Shown in pieces: positions 27,504-37,760 of a DNA stretch of 64,000 bases. The position numbers were made by a program, and so were the translations under genes. The notes under the pieces were generated by a model that worked only from the letters and a program-made list of their open reading frames with translations, searched no databases and was not told the origin of the DNA. The DNA is taken from NCBI GenBank assembly GCA_964195975.1, contig CAXMQZ010000126.1, forward strand, positions 14,985 through 78,984, in the 5' to 3' direction. The DNA is from an uncultured Polyangiaceae bacterium (GTDB lineage: Bacteria; Acidobacteriota; Thermoanaerobaculia; Multivoradales; JAHEKO01). Within the stretch, counting starts at the first letter, position 1, and each line of letters starts with the position of its first letter.

Positions 27504-29108
27504 TCAGCTTGCCCCGATCTGGTAGACCTTCTCTGGTTCCAAGGCCACTTCTTTCTGCTCGAGCTCCGCGTCATCTAGTTTGGTCAGATCGGCCGCCGCG
27601 CTTTTCATCTCCTGATGTTCGACGGCTCGGGAGACGACCTCGGCGCGGGTCGCGCCCGAGCTCTTGCCGAGAAACGGCTTGACAAGGAGATGAACCACGT
27701 CGCGGGTTGGCATGTGGCGCATGAAACGACCGATCATTCGCAGGGACTGCACCGGGTAGCGCGCCAGTTTGTACCAGAGTAGGCGTTGCAATTCCTCCGA
27801 TCGAATCCGGTGGATCTCCTCGCCGGGTAGTACCGTGGGATCGATCTCGGAGCACTTGTAGTACTTGTACCAGTCCTTGGAATCGTCCACCAAACCGCGC
27901 TCCAGGTACTCTCCCCACAACGGTGTACCTCGGTAGACGCAGAGCCGATTGAAGCCAAAGCTGTCGATGCGCAATTTGCTGGCAAAGCGGAATGTCTCCC
28001 GCATGTCGTCCTCGGTCTCATCGGGACTGCCCACGACAAAAAACCCGTGCACGATCTCGATTCCGGCCTTCTTTGCTTGATTGACGGCAGTGGCGATCTC
28101 CGCGAGAGTCTGTTTTTTCTTCAGGCGGTCGAGAACCTTTTGGCTCCCACTTTCGATTCCAAACATCAGCGAACGACAACGAGCCTTCGCCATCTTGGGC
28201 AGCATGTCCAGAGAGGGACCCGGATCGACTCGACCCTCACAACCCCATTGGATCTGAATGTCGTTTTCGATCAGGCTGTCGCAGATATCCTCGATGCGTT
28301 TGGGTTGCAGAAGGAAGTGATCGTCTACGAAGTAGACCGCACCGTAGCCAAGCTCCTGGAGGTGTCGAAACTCTCCCAGGACGTGCTCGGCGCTGCGGGA
28401 ACGCCACTTCCCTTCGCTAAATGCCGGAATATCGCAAAAGACACAGGGCCACGGGCATCCGCGCGAGGTCTGCATCGTCGTGTACCGGTCCATGGAGAGC
28501 ACGGCGGGGACATCCAGGGGCATCGACTCGATGAAATCGAGAGGGAGGCTCTCGCGATCGGGATAGGGCCACTGATCGAGATCGTGATCGATCGGCCGCG
28601 GCGGATTGCTAATCACCGTGCCGTTTTTGTCGGACCAGGTCAAACCGGTGACATTCTCGGGGCAATCGAGGTTTTCGAGCAGGTCGAGGATCAGCTGCTC
28701 ACCGTCTCCCCGGCCAACGAAATCGACCTCGGGGCACTGTTTCTTGACGCGCTCGGCGTTGAGAGTGGCAAAAACCCCTCCAAAAGCCAGTGGGATTTCG
28801 GGGGATTCGCGTCGAAGAAGACGTGCCAGAACTTTGGCGTAGGGATAGGAAGTAGTGGACAGGAAGCTCAGCCCTACGAGGTCGGGCTGGATCCGTCGGA
28901 TCTCCTCGACGATGTGCTCGTCCGGCGTATCGGGATTCGCTTGGTCGAACATGGTGCACTCGTGCCCTTCCCGCTTGAGCACTGCTGACAGCGTCATGAT
29001 GCCGATAGGTGGAAAGCCGATGATCTGGGGTAGGTCTCGGATGGACCGCTTGTCGGCTTGGAAGGCGTAGAACTGGGGGTCACGGATGTATATTAGAACG
29101 ACGTGCAC
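27504..29108 (-). CDS. B12-binding radical SAM enzyme (class B)
   Basis: It has an N-terminal cobalamin-binding Rossmann domain and the CPWPCVFC (Cx3Cx2C) radical SAM motif. It is 534 aa. Confidence 0.85.
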   Translation of the reverse strand: MHVVLIYIRDPQFYAFQADKRSIRDLPQIIGFPPIGIMTLSAVLKREGHECTMFDQANPDTPDEHIVEEIRRIQPDLVGLSFLSTTSYPYAKVLARLLRRESPEIPLAFGGVFATLNAERVKKQCPEVDFVGRGDGEQLILDLLENLDCPENVTGLTWSDKNGTVISNPPRPIDHDLDQWPYPDRESLPLDFIESMPLDVPAVLSMDRYTTMQTSRGCPWPCVFCDIPAFSEGKWRSRSAEHVLGEFRHLQELGYGAVYFVDDHFLLQPKRIEDICDSLIENDIQIQWGCEGRVDPGPSLDMLPKMAKARCRSLMFGIESGSQKVLDRLKKKQTLAEIATAVNQAKKAGIEIVHGFFVVGSPDETEDDMRETFRFASKLRIDSFGFNRLCVYRGTPLWGEYLERGLVDDSKDWYKYYKCSEIDPTVLPGEEIHRIRSEELQRLLWYKLARYPVQSLRMIGRFMRHMPTRDVVHLLVKPFLGKSSGATRAEVVSRAVEHQEMKSAAADLTKLDDAELEQKEVALEPEKVYQIGAS

Positions 29109-29217
29109 AAGACCTCCTCGGGTGGGTGGACGATCGTAGTCTATACGAGCACTTCACTCAGCTCCAGGTCGGAGTAGAGCCAACCTTGATCTGGAATCAG
29201 GATATCCTAGTGGGCCG

Positions 29218-30669
29218 ATGGAATTGTTCATGTCACACCTTCCGCCCAGCAAGAGACTGCCGGCTCTGGTAGCGGTGATTTCCGTGATCTTGCTGGCCTC
29301 GGGTTGCTCCCGCGAGCATCCGAAGCCGACCGGGCCCAACATCATTCTTGTCTCGATCGACAGCCTGCGGGCCGCCAATCTGGGTGCTTATGGATACGAG
29401 CGGGACACCACGCCCTTTATCGACTCGCTTGCCAATCGGGGCGTTCGCTTCGAGAACACCATCTCGACCACCTCCTGGACGCTACCAGCCCACGCAGCAC
29501 TGTTTACAGGCCTGTACGACTCGACCCACGGTGTTGTGGACAATGGTAGGAAGTTGGCAGAGCGATTCGTGACGCTGGCGGAGCTGCTCCAAGGTCTGGG
29601 CTACGAGACAGCTGGCTTTTTTGGCGGGCCCTATCTACACCCCGTTTTTGGTCTTGACCAGGGTTTCGACCTCTACCAGAGCTGTATGACCACGACGGAA
29701 GACGATGTCTCGGGAAAGCAGATCGAGCGCCAGGCGCGAATGGCCGATGCACCGAGCCACGACGATGTAACTGGGCCGCGGACGGTGAGCGAGGTCGAAA
29801 AGTGGATCGCGGCGGGCGTCGAACAGCCCTACTTCCTCTTCCTGCACCTCTGGGACGTGCATTACGACTACATCCCGCCCCAGGAGCATCTCGACCTCTT
29901 CGACCCTGATTACACCGGTGACCTTACCGGCGAAGACTTTTCCCAGAACAATGCCGTCAACCCCAAGATGGATCCCCGAGATCTGGAGCATCTGATCGCC
30001 CGATACGATGCCGAAATACGTTTTACCGACACCATTCTGAGTCAAATTATCGATGCTTTGGAGGCCGCGTCGATGATGGAGAGGACCCTGGTGGTGGTCA
30101 CAGCCGACCATGGTGAGGAGTTTTTCGAGCATCAGGGCAAGGGGCACCAGCGCACCTTGTTCGATGAGGTCATCCGAGTACCCTTGATATTCTATTGGCC
30201 AGGCAAACTAGTTCCTGGTCAGGTGATCACAGATCAGGTGCGGTTGATCGACCTTCTTCCCACCCTGGTACGGATCGCCGGCTACGAGGGCCCGCTCGAG
30301 ATCCAGGGTCGCGACCTACGCCCACTGCTCGCCGGGGGCGAGATGGCACAGATCCCAGCCCTGTCGGAGCTGCTCGTCGATGGTGGTTCCATGCGAGCGC
30401 TGCGCACCAATGAGGCTAAGGTCATTCGTTGGTCAAATCGATCGATACCCATTCTGTTTCGGCTAGGTGAGGACCCTGTCGAGATCTGGGCGACCGGTCT
30501 TACCGATGAAGCCTTATCGGACCTGACGCCCGAGGAGCGCTTCCTCGTGACCGAGCTGTTGCGGGCAGAATCAGAAGGCCTTCCGATCGACCAAGAAGGG
30601 GACGGCGCTCTAGAGCTGGACCCGGAAATCCGAAAGCGTCTGGAAAGTCTGGGGTACCTCGATGACTAG
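29218..30669 (+). CDS. Sulfatase-like hydrolase/transferase lipoprotein (alkaline-phosphatase superfamily; no canonical C/SxPxR formylglycine motif)
   Basis: It has a lipobox (LASGC), SIDSLRAANLGAYGY and VTADHGEEF metal-binding regions. Confidence 0.7.
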   Translation: MELFMSHLPPSKRLPALVAVISVILLASGCSREHPKPTGPNIILVSIDSLRAANLGAYGYERDTTPFIDSLANRGVRFENTISTTSWTLPAHAALFTGLYDSTHGVVDNGRKLAERFVTLAELLQGLGYETAGFFGGPYLHPVFGLDQGFDLYQSCMTTTEDDVSGKQIERQARMADAPSHDDVTGPRTVSEVEKWIAAGVEQPYFLFLHLWDVHYDYIPPQEHLDLFDPDYTGDLTGEDFSQNNAVNPKMDPRDLEHLIARYDAEIRFTDTILSQIIDALEAASMMERTLVVVTADHGEEFFEHQGKGHQRTLFDEVIRVPLIFYWPGKLVPGQVITDQVRLIDLLPTLVRIAGYEGPLEIQGRDLRPLLAGGEMAQIPALSELLVDGGSMRALRTNEAKVIRWSNRSIPILFRLGEDPVEIWATGLTDEALSDLTPEERFLVTELLRAESEGLPIDQEGDGALELDPEIRKRLESLGYLDD

Positions 30670-30692
30670 TTTCCACCAGTCGGTTTCGGCCA

Positions 30693-32573
30693 TCATGGCG
30701 AGCGTTTCGACGAGTCAGTGAGTCTCAGGATCATGGTCCAACTCATGAACGTAGGGTCGGCGGGGCCCTCGACTCCGACAAGCTCTACGCGCAGGTAATT
30801 GTCCTGGACCCAGTTGGCCAGTCGCTCACCGTACCCTCGGCCCAGATAGTCGTAGCCGTATTCGGTGGCGCCGCGCCCGGTCATGACGATCCAGTCGGGT
30901 GGTCTCGCGTCGAAAGACTCGACGATGGCGTCCTCGCCGAACATCACCAACTCCGGAGGCATGAAGTTGAAGTACGGCGTCGGACTCTCTCGTCGCAGGA
31001 GGTAGTTGAGCATGACCCCTTCCGGAAGCACGGCCATGGTTTCCCCAGGTAGCAGGAGCTTCTCGAGGCGAGAGAGGGTTTCGGAGACGACTTCGCCGGA
31101 TGCATCGGCAAGAAACGAGTCCCCGCCCGAACCCACCGGTTGGTTCTTGGCGGCATAGTTTCTCGCCGTCAGGCTCAGGTGAAAAGTGGCTACCACGAGA
31201 AAGAAGCCGACCCCTGCCGCCCTGAAAGTGTTGCCGTGCCCACCACGGCGATCGATCCAGCGTGGGATCACGTGCAGTAGCAAAATGATCAAGATCATCG
31301 TGGCCGGTGCGGCCAACACGAATCCGTAGTGGGACAGGCGGACCCTAAACAAGATCTTCAGAAGCATCCCAAAGCTGAAAAGAGTGGCGAGCAGAGGGAG
31401 CATCGTCTGTCGAGACGATGGACCGTCCACAGGCTTGCCAGCGAAGTGTTGGCGGACCAGCGCAATGGCCAGAACGCCGAGAAAGACCGGTAGCGGGCGG
31501 GTTACATCGAGTACCGAAAGTCTCGACAAGATCAAGATAGTGAGCACCACCGTCACGAGGCCTGAAACCGCCGGCAACCAGGATCGGCTGCGGCCTTCAC
31601 TGGTGGACCGACGAGCAAACCAAAAGGCCGGTACAAAGATCAGCAGGTAGGCGAGCAGCCAAACTAGGATCTGCACCAGACTATCCAGCGGATCTAGCAA
31701 TCCCATCCCGCCGCGGTAGAAGTCGAGTCCTTGAAGCTTGCTCGAAAAGGCGTAGCGCCAGGAGCCCAGCACGCCCCGGATTGCCGATGAAGCGGAAGAC
31801 GATGGCAGAAGGAGTAGAAACGCAACCAGCGACGGCAAAGCCATCGCTGCGATCATCAGACCGATCCGCCTGACCCGAGTACCGGGTGAGAGTTGCTGCT
31901 GACGGCCCGACAGCCAAAGTCCGAGAACAACCAGCGGCGCAATCGCCACGAAGAGCTCGCTTTTGGTAAGGAAAACCAGTCCCGTGGCAAGCCCGATGCC
32001 GATAATCGACCAGTGGGTCGGCCGCCTGATGTGCTGGAAAAGCAGTGCCAACGCCACCAGCGCCAGCAGGAACCCATGAGTGATCTCGTGCGAGTAGGGG
32101 GCGATGAAATTGTAGGTGCCCGAACCGGTCGGATCGGCCAGTGCGAAGCAGATCAGGAAAACCGCCGATCCGATGACGGCCGTCGCTATATCACTGAATC
32201 TGGCGATCAACACAACCAGCAGGGCCGTGACTGCGACCAGGACAAGGATGTTCATCCAGACCAGGGTCTGCAGACCGACCCCCACCAACGAGAATCCAAC
32301 AGCGTTCACAAAGGGCGAAAGAGGCCCGTTGAAGTAGGAAAGATCCCTGTAGAGGGCTTTTCCCTCGAGCATCTGCCAGGGCACGTAGAGCTCGCGACCA
32401 AAGTCCACCACCGGGTGGAGCCATTTGCCCCAACTCCACTTCAAGAGGAATCCACCAACGATCAGGCTGGTCAGGGCGGGAAGCAACCACCTGGGCCCGG
32501 TGGAGCTCACAAGATCTGTTTTTCGGTTGGAGAGCATCACAGCCGGGGTAGAGGATATCGAAGTGTTTCGCAC
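30693..32573 (-). CDS. Polytopic membrane protein, putative glycosyltransferase (GT39/ArnT/YfhO-like) with a C-terminal periplasmic domain
   Basis: More than 10 predicted TM helices are followed by a soluble domain of about 200 aa. Its start directly abuts the stop of the upstream FAD oxidoreductase gene. Confidence 0.4.
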   Translation of the reverse strand: MRNTSISSTPAVMLSNRKTDLVSSTGPRWLLPALTSLIVGGFLLKWSWGKWLHPVVDFGRELYVPWQMLEGKALYRDLSYFNGPLSPFVNAVGFSLVGVGLQTLVWMNILVLVAVTALLVVLIARFSDIATAVIGSAVFLICFALADPTGSGTYNFIAPYSHEITHGFLLALVALALLFQHIRRPTHWSIIGIGLATGLVFLTKSELFVAIAPLVVLGLWLSGRQQQLSPGTRVRRIGLMIAAMALPSLVAFLLLLPSSSASSAIRGVLGSWRYAFSSKLQGLDFYRGGMGLLDPLDSLVQILVWLLAYLLIFVPAFWFARRSTSEGRSRSWLPAVSGLVTVVLTILILSRLSVLDVTRPLPVFLGVLAIALVRQHFAGKPVDGPSSRQTMLPLLATLFSFGMLLKILFRVRLSHYGFVLAAPATMILIILLLHVIPRWIDRRGGHGNTFRAAGVGFFLVVATFHLSLTARNYAAKNQPVGSGGDSFLADASGEVVSETLSRLEKLLLPGETMAVLPEGVMLNYLLRRESPTPYFNFMPPELVMFGEDAIVESFDARPPDWIVMTGRGATEYGYDYLGRGYGERLANWVQDNYLRVELVGVEGPADPTFMSWTMILRLTDSSKRSP

Positions 32574-33749
32574 TCAGATGAGAGCGATCTCCGTTATGGG
32601 TCGTCCCTCGACAATACGCTCGGGGCCCAAGATGGAGAGATCGAGCACAGGTTCGATGCCGGTGACAATCTCCGAGATATAACGGCCGACCGCCGGAGCC
32701 TGTTGGAGACCATGACCGGAGAAACCATTCGCCAGATAAAGTCCATCCAGCTCAGGCCAGTGTCCCAGAATGGCATTGCCATCTACGGTGTTGACAGCGT
32801 AGAGACCGCTCCAACCATGAGCTAGCCTTAGACGGTCAAAGGCTGGGACAACGTTGGTGAGCTCAGGCCAGAGGAACTCGTTGAAGCGGTCCTCACTCCA
32901 GGAGAACTCATGGCCGACCGGGTCACTCGCCATGGACTTTCCCACAAGGATGCGGTCATCGCCTTCGCTGCGAAGATAGAGTCCGGAAGGGAAGCTGATC
33001 AGCGGTAGAGGCGAGGTCGGCTTGACTTGTGTTTCTACGAGGAACGCTTGTCTTTGCACCGGATCGACGGGGATCGAAACGCCAGCGGTCTCCAACAGCC
33101 GAGAGGCCCAGGCTCCCGCACAGCAGATCACCGAGCCGGCAGCCAAGTGGGCACCCGACGCGAGTCGAGCTCCGGTAACACGTCGGTCGACCCGGTCCAG
33201 CCCGATGACCTCGTCCGTCAGGTACACAGCGCCAAGCGAGTCTGCCTTGTTGCGGTAGCTCATCAGGAAGGAATACCCATCCAAGTACCCATCCTCGGGC
33301 CCAAAAGTAGCTCCGGAGAATGCGCCAATCTCGAGCAGGGGGAACCGTCTTCCCAACTCGGCGGCATCGATCCATTCGACGTCACAGCCCAACTTCTTCT
33401 GCCGCATCAAGGCAACTCTCGCTGAGTGACGGCTCTGCTCGTCTACGACAAACAAATTGCCCTGAGGATGGAAGCCGAGATCGGGGGCAATACCATCGAC
33501 TGCCATCTCTTCGCCAAAGGTCGATAGGATTTCCAGGGTGTGTTGGGAGATCTGGATATTACGCTCGAGGTTGAATTGAACCCTGACGTTCCCGACAGAT
33601 AGAGCACTCGAAGCCTGTCGATAGGTCGGATCCCTTTCGACCACCGCCACCGTGAGCTCCGGGTCGGCCCGGCGGAGATGGTAGGCACACGACGACCCGA
33701 TCACGCCACCACCGACGATAATCACATCGAATGACCGCTCGCTATTCAA
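32574..33749 (-). CDS. FAD-dependent oxidoreductase (DAO family; glycine/sarcosine/D-amino-acid oxidase-like)
   Basis: The N-terminal motif is VIIVGGGVIGSSCAYHL. It is 391 aa. Confidence 0.75.
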   Translation of the reverse strand: MNSERSFDVIIVGGGVIGSSCAYHLRRADPELTVAVVERDPTYRQASSALSVGNVRVQFNLERNIQISQHTLEILSTFGEEMAVDGIAPDLGFHPQGNLFVVDEQSRHSARVALMRQKKLGCDVEWIDAAELGRRFPLLEIGAFSGATFGPEDGYLDGYSFLMSYRNKADSLGAVYLTDEVIGLDRVDRRVTGARLASGAHLAAGSVICCAGAWASRLLETAGVSIPVDPVQRQAFLVETQVKPTSPLPLISFPSGLYLRSEGDDRILVGKSMASDPVGHEFSWSEDRFNEFLWPELTNVVPAFDRLRLAHGWSGLYAVNTVDGNAILGHWPELDGLYLANGFSGHGLQQAPAVGRYISEIVTGIEPVLDLSILGPERIVEGRPITEIALI

Positions 33750-33792
33750 GGCTCGAGCTCCGACTGTTCCAAACTAGCCACGACTGGTGAGA

Positions 33793-34452
33793 CTACTCCG
33801 CTTCGAATCCGGCCGCCGCGTGGGAGCCGTCACAATAGGGTCTATTTCGAGAGGCGCCACAACGACACAGCGCGCCCTTGACCCCACTTTGGGCGTCGGT
33901 ACCGTCGGCGGATCGAATCTCGATCGGGCCCTTGACCAGCAGGGGACCGTTTGGCGCGCTCGAGAGCTCGAGCCGTGCACCTGGGTCATCTCCTTCTCCC
34001 GGTGCCAGCATCGCCGTACCGAGAGAGCCATCGTCCGTGAATCCGGCCTCGATATGGCCGTTGTCACAATACGGTTTGTTCTTGGAATCGCCACATCGAC
34101 AGAGAGCAACACGATTCTCACTCCCCAGGGCTCCGTTTGGGAACTTGAAAACGATCTTACCTTCGACATAGACCGGTCCGTCCACGACCAGCCGGGCAAC
34201 GTTGGAGCTGGGAATCGGCTCTGCGTCTCCGCCATCCGTCCGCTCGTAGTGCAAGGCGCCGGTCGGACAATCCCAAACCACCCTCGCGACCTCATCTGCA
34301 TCAACCTGATCAGGCTCGATCCAAGGCCTTCGATTTGGGTCGAATGCTTCGGGTGATCCGTGCACGCACTTCTCCGCATGAATACACCGTGCTCGATCCC
34401 AACGGACAATCACATCCGCCCCTTCGAACTCGTAGATCTTCTTCTTCGACAT
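33793..34452 (-). CDS. Iron-sulfur protein with an N-terminal divergent 4Fe-4S domain and two CDGSH-type motifs
   Basis: The two motifs are CRCGDSKNKPYCDNGH and CRCGASRNRPYCDGSH. I placed the start at the internal ATG at 34452 (MSKKK), which is preceded by GGAGGG at a 6-nt spacing. The track ORF extends to 34656. Confidence 0.75.
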   Translation of the reverse strand: MSKKKIYEFEGADVIVRWDRARCIHAEKCVHGSPEAFDPNRRPWIEPDQVDADEVARVVWDCPTGALHYERTDGGDAEPIPSSNVARLVVDGPVYVEGKIVFKFPNGALGSENRVALCRCGDSKNKPYCDNGHIEAGFTDDGSLGTAMLAPGEGDDPGARLELSSAPNGPLLVKGPIEIRSADGTDAQSGVKGALCRCGASRNRPYCDGSHAAAGFEAE

Positions 34453-34667
34453 CAGTGACCCTCCATCTGCCTTGGGTAGGTCCTCAGGTAGATATTCACG
34501 CTGGTGCGCCTTTGTCTGCTCTCTTGCGACTCGACGGAAAGCATATCGATTCGTCGCATCACCTGCTTGGGCTCTTGATCGTATCCGGCTTGGTCGACGG
34601 AGACGGGTGAGATAGGGTCTCCTTCGACCACGGGATTCGCCGGGCAACAGACCCACCGGCGATCAAT

Positions 34668-35999
34668 ATGACCGGGAGAGACGAACAAATGTTTCGGATA
34701 GTCACAATTTTGATGATGCTGATCGGCCTCGGCCTGCCATCCGTATCGTTGGCAGAAGGCTTGACCGCGATCGAGAAACGAATAGTCGAACGGGTAGATA
34801 GCAAGGCCCACGAAGCGGAAATTTTTCTCGAGAGGGTGGTAAACATCAATAGTGGAACAATGAATCACTCGGGTGTCCGGGAGGTCGGCGCATTATACGA
34901 CCGCGAGCTCTCTGAGATCGGATTTCAGACCCGTTGGATCGAGATGCCCAAAGAGATGGCGAGAGCCGGACACCTGTTCGCCGAAATTGACGGTTCTGAG
35001 GGAGATCGCGTCCTGCTGATCGGTCACCTCGACACCGTGTTCGAGCCCGATAGCCCCTTTCAGACGTTCACTCGAAAGGGTGACCTTGCCTACGGCCCCG
35101 GCACTGAGGACATGAAAGGCGGCAATACGGTCATCCTCTTTGCCCTCGAGGCGCTGCACGAGGTAGGCGCACTGCAAGGAAGCCGCATCATCGTGGCTCT
35201 TACCGGAGACGAGGAGATGCCAGGCTCACCCCTGGAAATCGCTCGCAAAGACCTGCTCGAAGCCGGTCGGCGAGCCGACTTTGCACTTGGATTCGAGGCT
35301 GGCGTAAGAGACATCCACACCGCCACCGTGGCCAGGCGAGGCTCGAGCAGCTGGTCTCTTCGTGTCACCGGGACACCCGCTCACTCGTCCCAGGTTTTCG
35401 AAGATTCGATCGGTGCCGGAGCCATTTATGAAGCGAGTAGAATTCTCGACGCTTTCTACTCTCAAATCAGGGGTGAGAAGTATCTGACGTTTAATCCCGG
35501 GGTGATTTTGGGAGGAACAACAGTCGACTACGACCCCGAGGAACACCGGGGCTCTGCGTTTGGCAAATCGAATGTCATTGCCGAGACCGCTGTGATCGAC
35601 GGAGACCTGAGGTTCATCTCCGAAGATCAGAAAGAGCGTGCTCGTGAGCGGATGCGCGCCATCGTGGCCCAATCGGCCCCTGGTGCCAGCGCCGAGATCA
35701 CCTTCCGCGACGGGTACCCCGCCATGTCACCCACCGCTGGAAATGAGAAGCTACTAGGCAGGTTTCAATCGGTCAGCCTCGACCTCGGTTTCGGATCGCT
35801 CGAACCACTCGATCCGAGCCAGCGAGGCGCCGCCGACATCTCTTTCGTAGCCGCAGACGTCCAAGGATCCCTCGCTGGTCTAGGGCCTGTGGGGTGGTAC
35901 GGTCACACGGTCGAAGAGCGCATCGATATCGCCACCATGTCGGTGGTCACAAAGAAGGCGGCAATCTTGATCCACCGCCTCACACATCAATTGGACTAG
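34668..35999 (+). CDS. M20-family metallopeptidase (carboxypeptidase-G2-like), secreted
   Basis: It has a signal peptide, and the HLDTV, GTEDMKGG and GDEE metal-binding motifs. Confidence 0.8.
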   Translation: MTGRDEQMFRIVTILMMLIGLGLPSVSLAEGLTAIEKRIVERVDSKAHEAEIFLERVVNINSGTMNHSGVREVGALYDRELSEIGFQTRWIEMPKEMARAGHLFAEIDGSEGDRVLLIGHLDTVFEPDSPFQTFTRKGDLAYGPGTEDMKGGNTVILFALEALHEVGALQGSRIIVALTGDEEMPGSPLEIARKDLLEAGRRADFALGFEAGVRDIHTATVARRGSSSWSLRVTGTPAHSSQVFEDSIGAGAIYEASRILDAFYSQIRGEKYLTFNPGVILGGTTVDYDPEEHRGSAFGKSNVIAETAVIDGDLRFISEDQKERARERMRAIVAQSAPGASAEITFRDGYPAMSPTAGNEKLLGRFQSVSLDLGFGSLEPLDPSQRGAADISFVAADVQGSLAGLGPVGWYGHTVEERIDIATMSVVTKKAAILIHRLTHQLD

Positions 36000-36009
36000 G
36001 GTTAGTTCG

Positions 36010-36861
36010 ATGGACAGTCAAGGAATCATTCAGTCGATATTCGGAGTCCCCCGCGCCCTCATCGGCATGGTGCATCTCGGTGCGTTGCCGGGAACGCCTT
36101 CCAATACGGATCGATTGTCCGAGATCTGCCGAGCAGCGGTTGCCGAAGCTAAACAGCTTCGAGAGACCGGTTTCAACGCAATCATGTTGGAAAACATGCA
36201 CGATCGTCCCTATCTCAAACGGCAAGTCGGACCTGAGATCGTAGCCAGCATGGCGGTGGTCGGACAGGCGATTCAGGCAGAAAGCGGTCTACCCACGGGT
36301 ATCCAGGTCCTCGGCGGAGCCAATCACGAGGCACTGGCCGTCGCACAAGCTTGCGGCGGAAGCTTCATCCGAGCTGAGGCTTTTGTCTTTGCTCACGCCG
36401 CCGACGAAGGGTTGATGGAAGCCGACGCCGGAGACCTTCTCCGGTATCGCAAAGCCATCGGGGCAGACGACATCAAGATCTTCACCGACATCAAAAAGAA
36501 ACATGCATCCCACGCCTTGACCGCGGATGTCGATCTTGCCGAGACCGCTCGAGCCGCGGAATTCTTTCTGGCCGACGGAGTAGTAGTCACCGGGACCGCC
36601 ACTGGCAGAAGCGCCAACCCGAAGGAGGTCGAGATCATTCGACAGGCCGTCACCATTCCGACTTTGGTTGGCTCGGGTCTAAACCCCGAGAATCTCGCTC
36701 AATTTGCCAGAGCCGATGGGTTTATCGTCGGCTCCTCGTTCAAGCAAGATGGTCTCTGGTCGAACTCGCAAGACACCGCTCGCATGGAGACCCTGGTCAA
36801 GGCCTTCGAGGCCCTCGAGCCCCTGCAAGTCGAAACCCGCAAGGCTCATTCCGCAGAATGA
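36010..36861 (+). CDS. BtpA/SgcQ-family TIM-barrel protein
   Basis: The N-terminal region ALIGMVHLGALPGTP and overall similarity match BtpA family proteins. Confidence 0.65.
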   Translation: MDSQGIIQSIFGVPRALIGMVHLGALPGTPSNTDRLSEICRAAVAEAKQLRETGFNAIMLENMHDRPYLKRQVGPEIVASMAVVGQAIQAESGLPTGIQVLGGANHEALAVAQACGGSFIRAEAFVFAHAADEGLMEADAGDLLRYRKAIGADDIKIFTDIKKKHASHALTADVDLAETARAAEFFLADGVVVTGTATGRSANPKEVEIIRQAVTIPTLVGSGLNPENLAQFARADGFIVGSSFKQDGLWSNSQDTARMETLVKAFEALEPLQVETRKAHSAE

Positions 36862-37760
36862 CTCCCGATCTGGTTGTGTTAGGCAATCTCGCGGTCGACG
36901 ACATCGTCTATCCCGACGGCGAGAGTCGCATGGGACAGCCTGGCGGTGCGGCCATCTATGTCGCACTCGGGGCGAATCTTTGGGGACTGAATGTCGGCAT
37001 GGTCTCGAGGGTTGGGAGCGACTACCCTTCCTCGATGCTCGAGGCGCTATCCCGGAAGGGAATCGACCTTGCGGGCATCCGGGAGCTCGGATCGTCTGGA
37101 TTGCGTACCTGGCTGCTGTATGAAGGCGAGCTTCGAAGGGTTGTCCATAGGCTCGACAGCGCGACTCACGCCGAGGCCTCACCAACCGCTGACGAAATAC
37201 CGACCGAGTGGACTCCCCGAGCACTTCATATCGCTCCTCTGCCAATCGGTCTTCAAGCCGAGCTGGTGGCAGAGTTCGTCGAGCAGGCGGACGTCATCGT
37301 GTCGGTCGACCCCTACGAGTTACTTTCGGAGAGGACGCTCGAGACCTGGACTGGAATCGGATCGCAGGTCGACTACTTCTTCCTCAGTGAGGACGAGATT
37401 GCCGACGGGCAGTGGCGTCGGGACCCCGGGCCTCTTGTCGCCAGGATCACGGCCGGTAGATTGAAAACCCTCTTCTACAAACAGGGGTCGATGGGAGGGA
37501 CGGGTTTCGAGGCGACCACCGGGCGTAGATTCAAATGGAGCAGCTATGCCACAACCGTTGTCGACCAGACCGGTGCGGGTGACGCCTTTGCCGGTGGAAC
37601 CCTGGCCGGGTTGCTACAAGGCGACGGTGTCCAGACCGCGGTACACCGAGGGGTTGTCAGCGCCAGTTTTGCACTGGAGTCCCAGGGTGCCGACGCTCTT
37701 CTGGAGGCAAGGCCTGAGATGGCAAATGAGCGTTTGAGAGGATGGTTCGGAGACCTATGA
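36858..37760 (+). CDS. psuK: PfkB-family carbohydrate kinase, probable pseudouridine kinase
   Basis: The PfkB signature DQTGAGDAFAGG is present. It overlaps the downstream psuG by 19 nt, as in psuK-psuG operons. Confidence 0.65.
   Translation: MTPDLVVLGNLAVDDIVYPDGESRMGQPGGAAIYVALGANLWGLNVGMVSRVGSDYPSSMLEALSRKGIDLAGIRELGSSGLRTWLLYEGELRRVVHRLDSATHAEASPTADEIPTEWTPRALHIAPLPIGLQAELVAEFVEQADVIVSVDPYELLSERTLETWTGIGSQVDYFFLSEDEIADGQWRRDPGPLVARITAGRLKTLFYKQGSMGGTGFEATTGRRFKWSSYATTVVDQTGAGDAFAGGTLAGLLQGDGVQTAVHRGVVSASFALESQGADALLEARPEMANERLRGWFGDL

Noticed and set aside
28047-28988. 313-aa plus-strand ORF
   Set aside because: It is antisense to the B12-radical SAM gene.
31893-32825. 310-aa plus-strand ORF
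   Set aside because: It is antisense across the membrane-protein / FAD-oxidoreductase junction, and is basic-rich with low complexity.
33787-34356. 189-aa plus-strand ORF; also the longer 33793-34656 version of the CDGSH gene
   Set aside because: The plus-strand ORF is antisense to the CDGSH protein gene. For the CDGSH gene itself I preferred the internal ATG at 34452, which has a strong GGAGGG RBS and removes an Arg-rich N-terminal extension.
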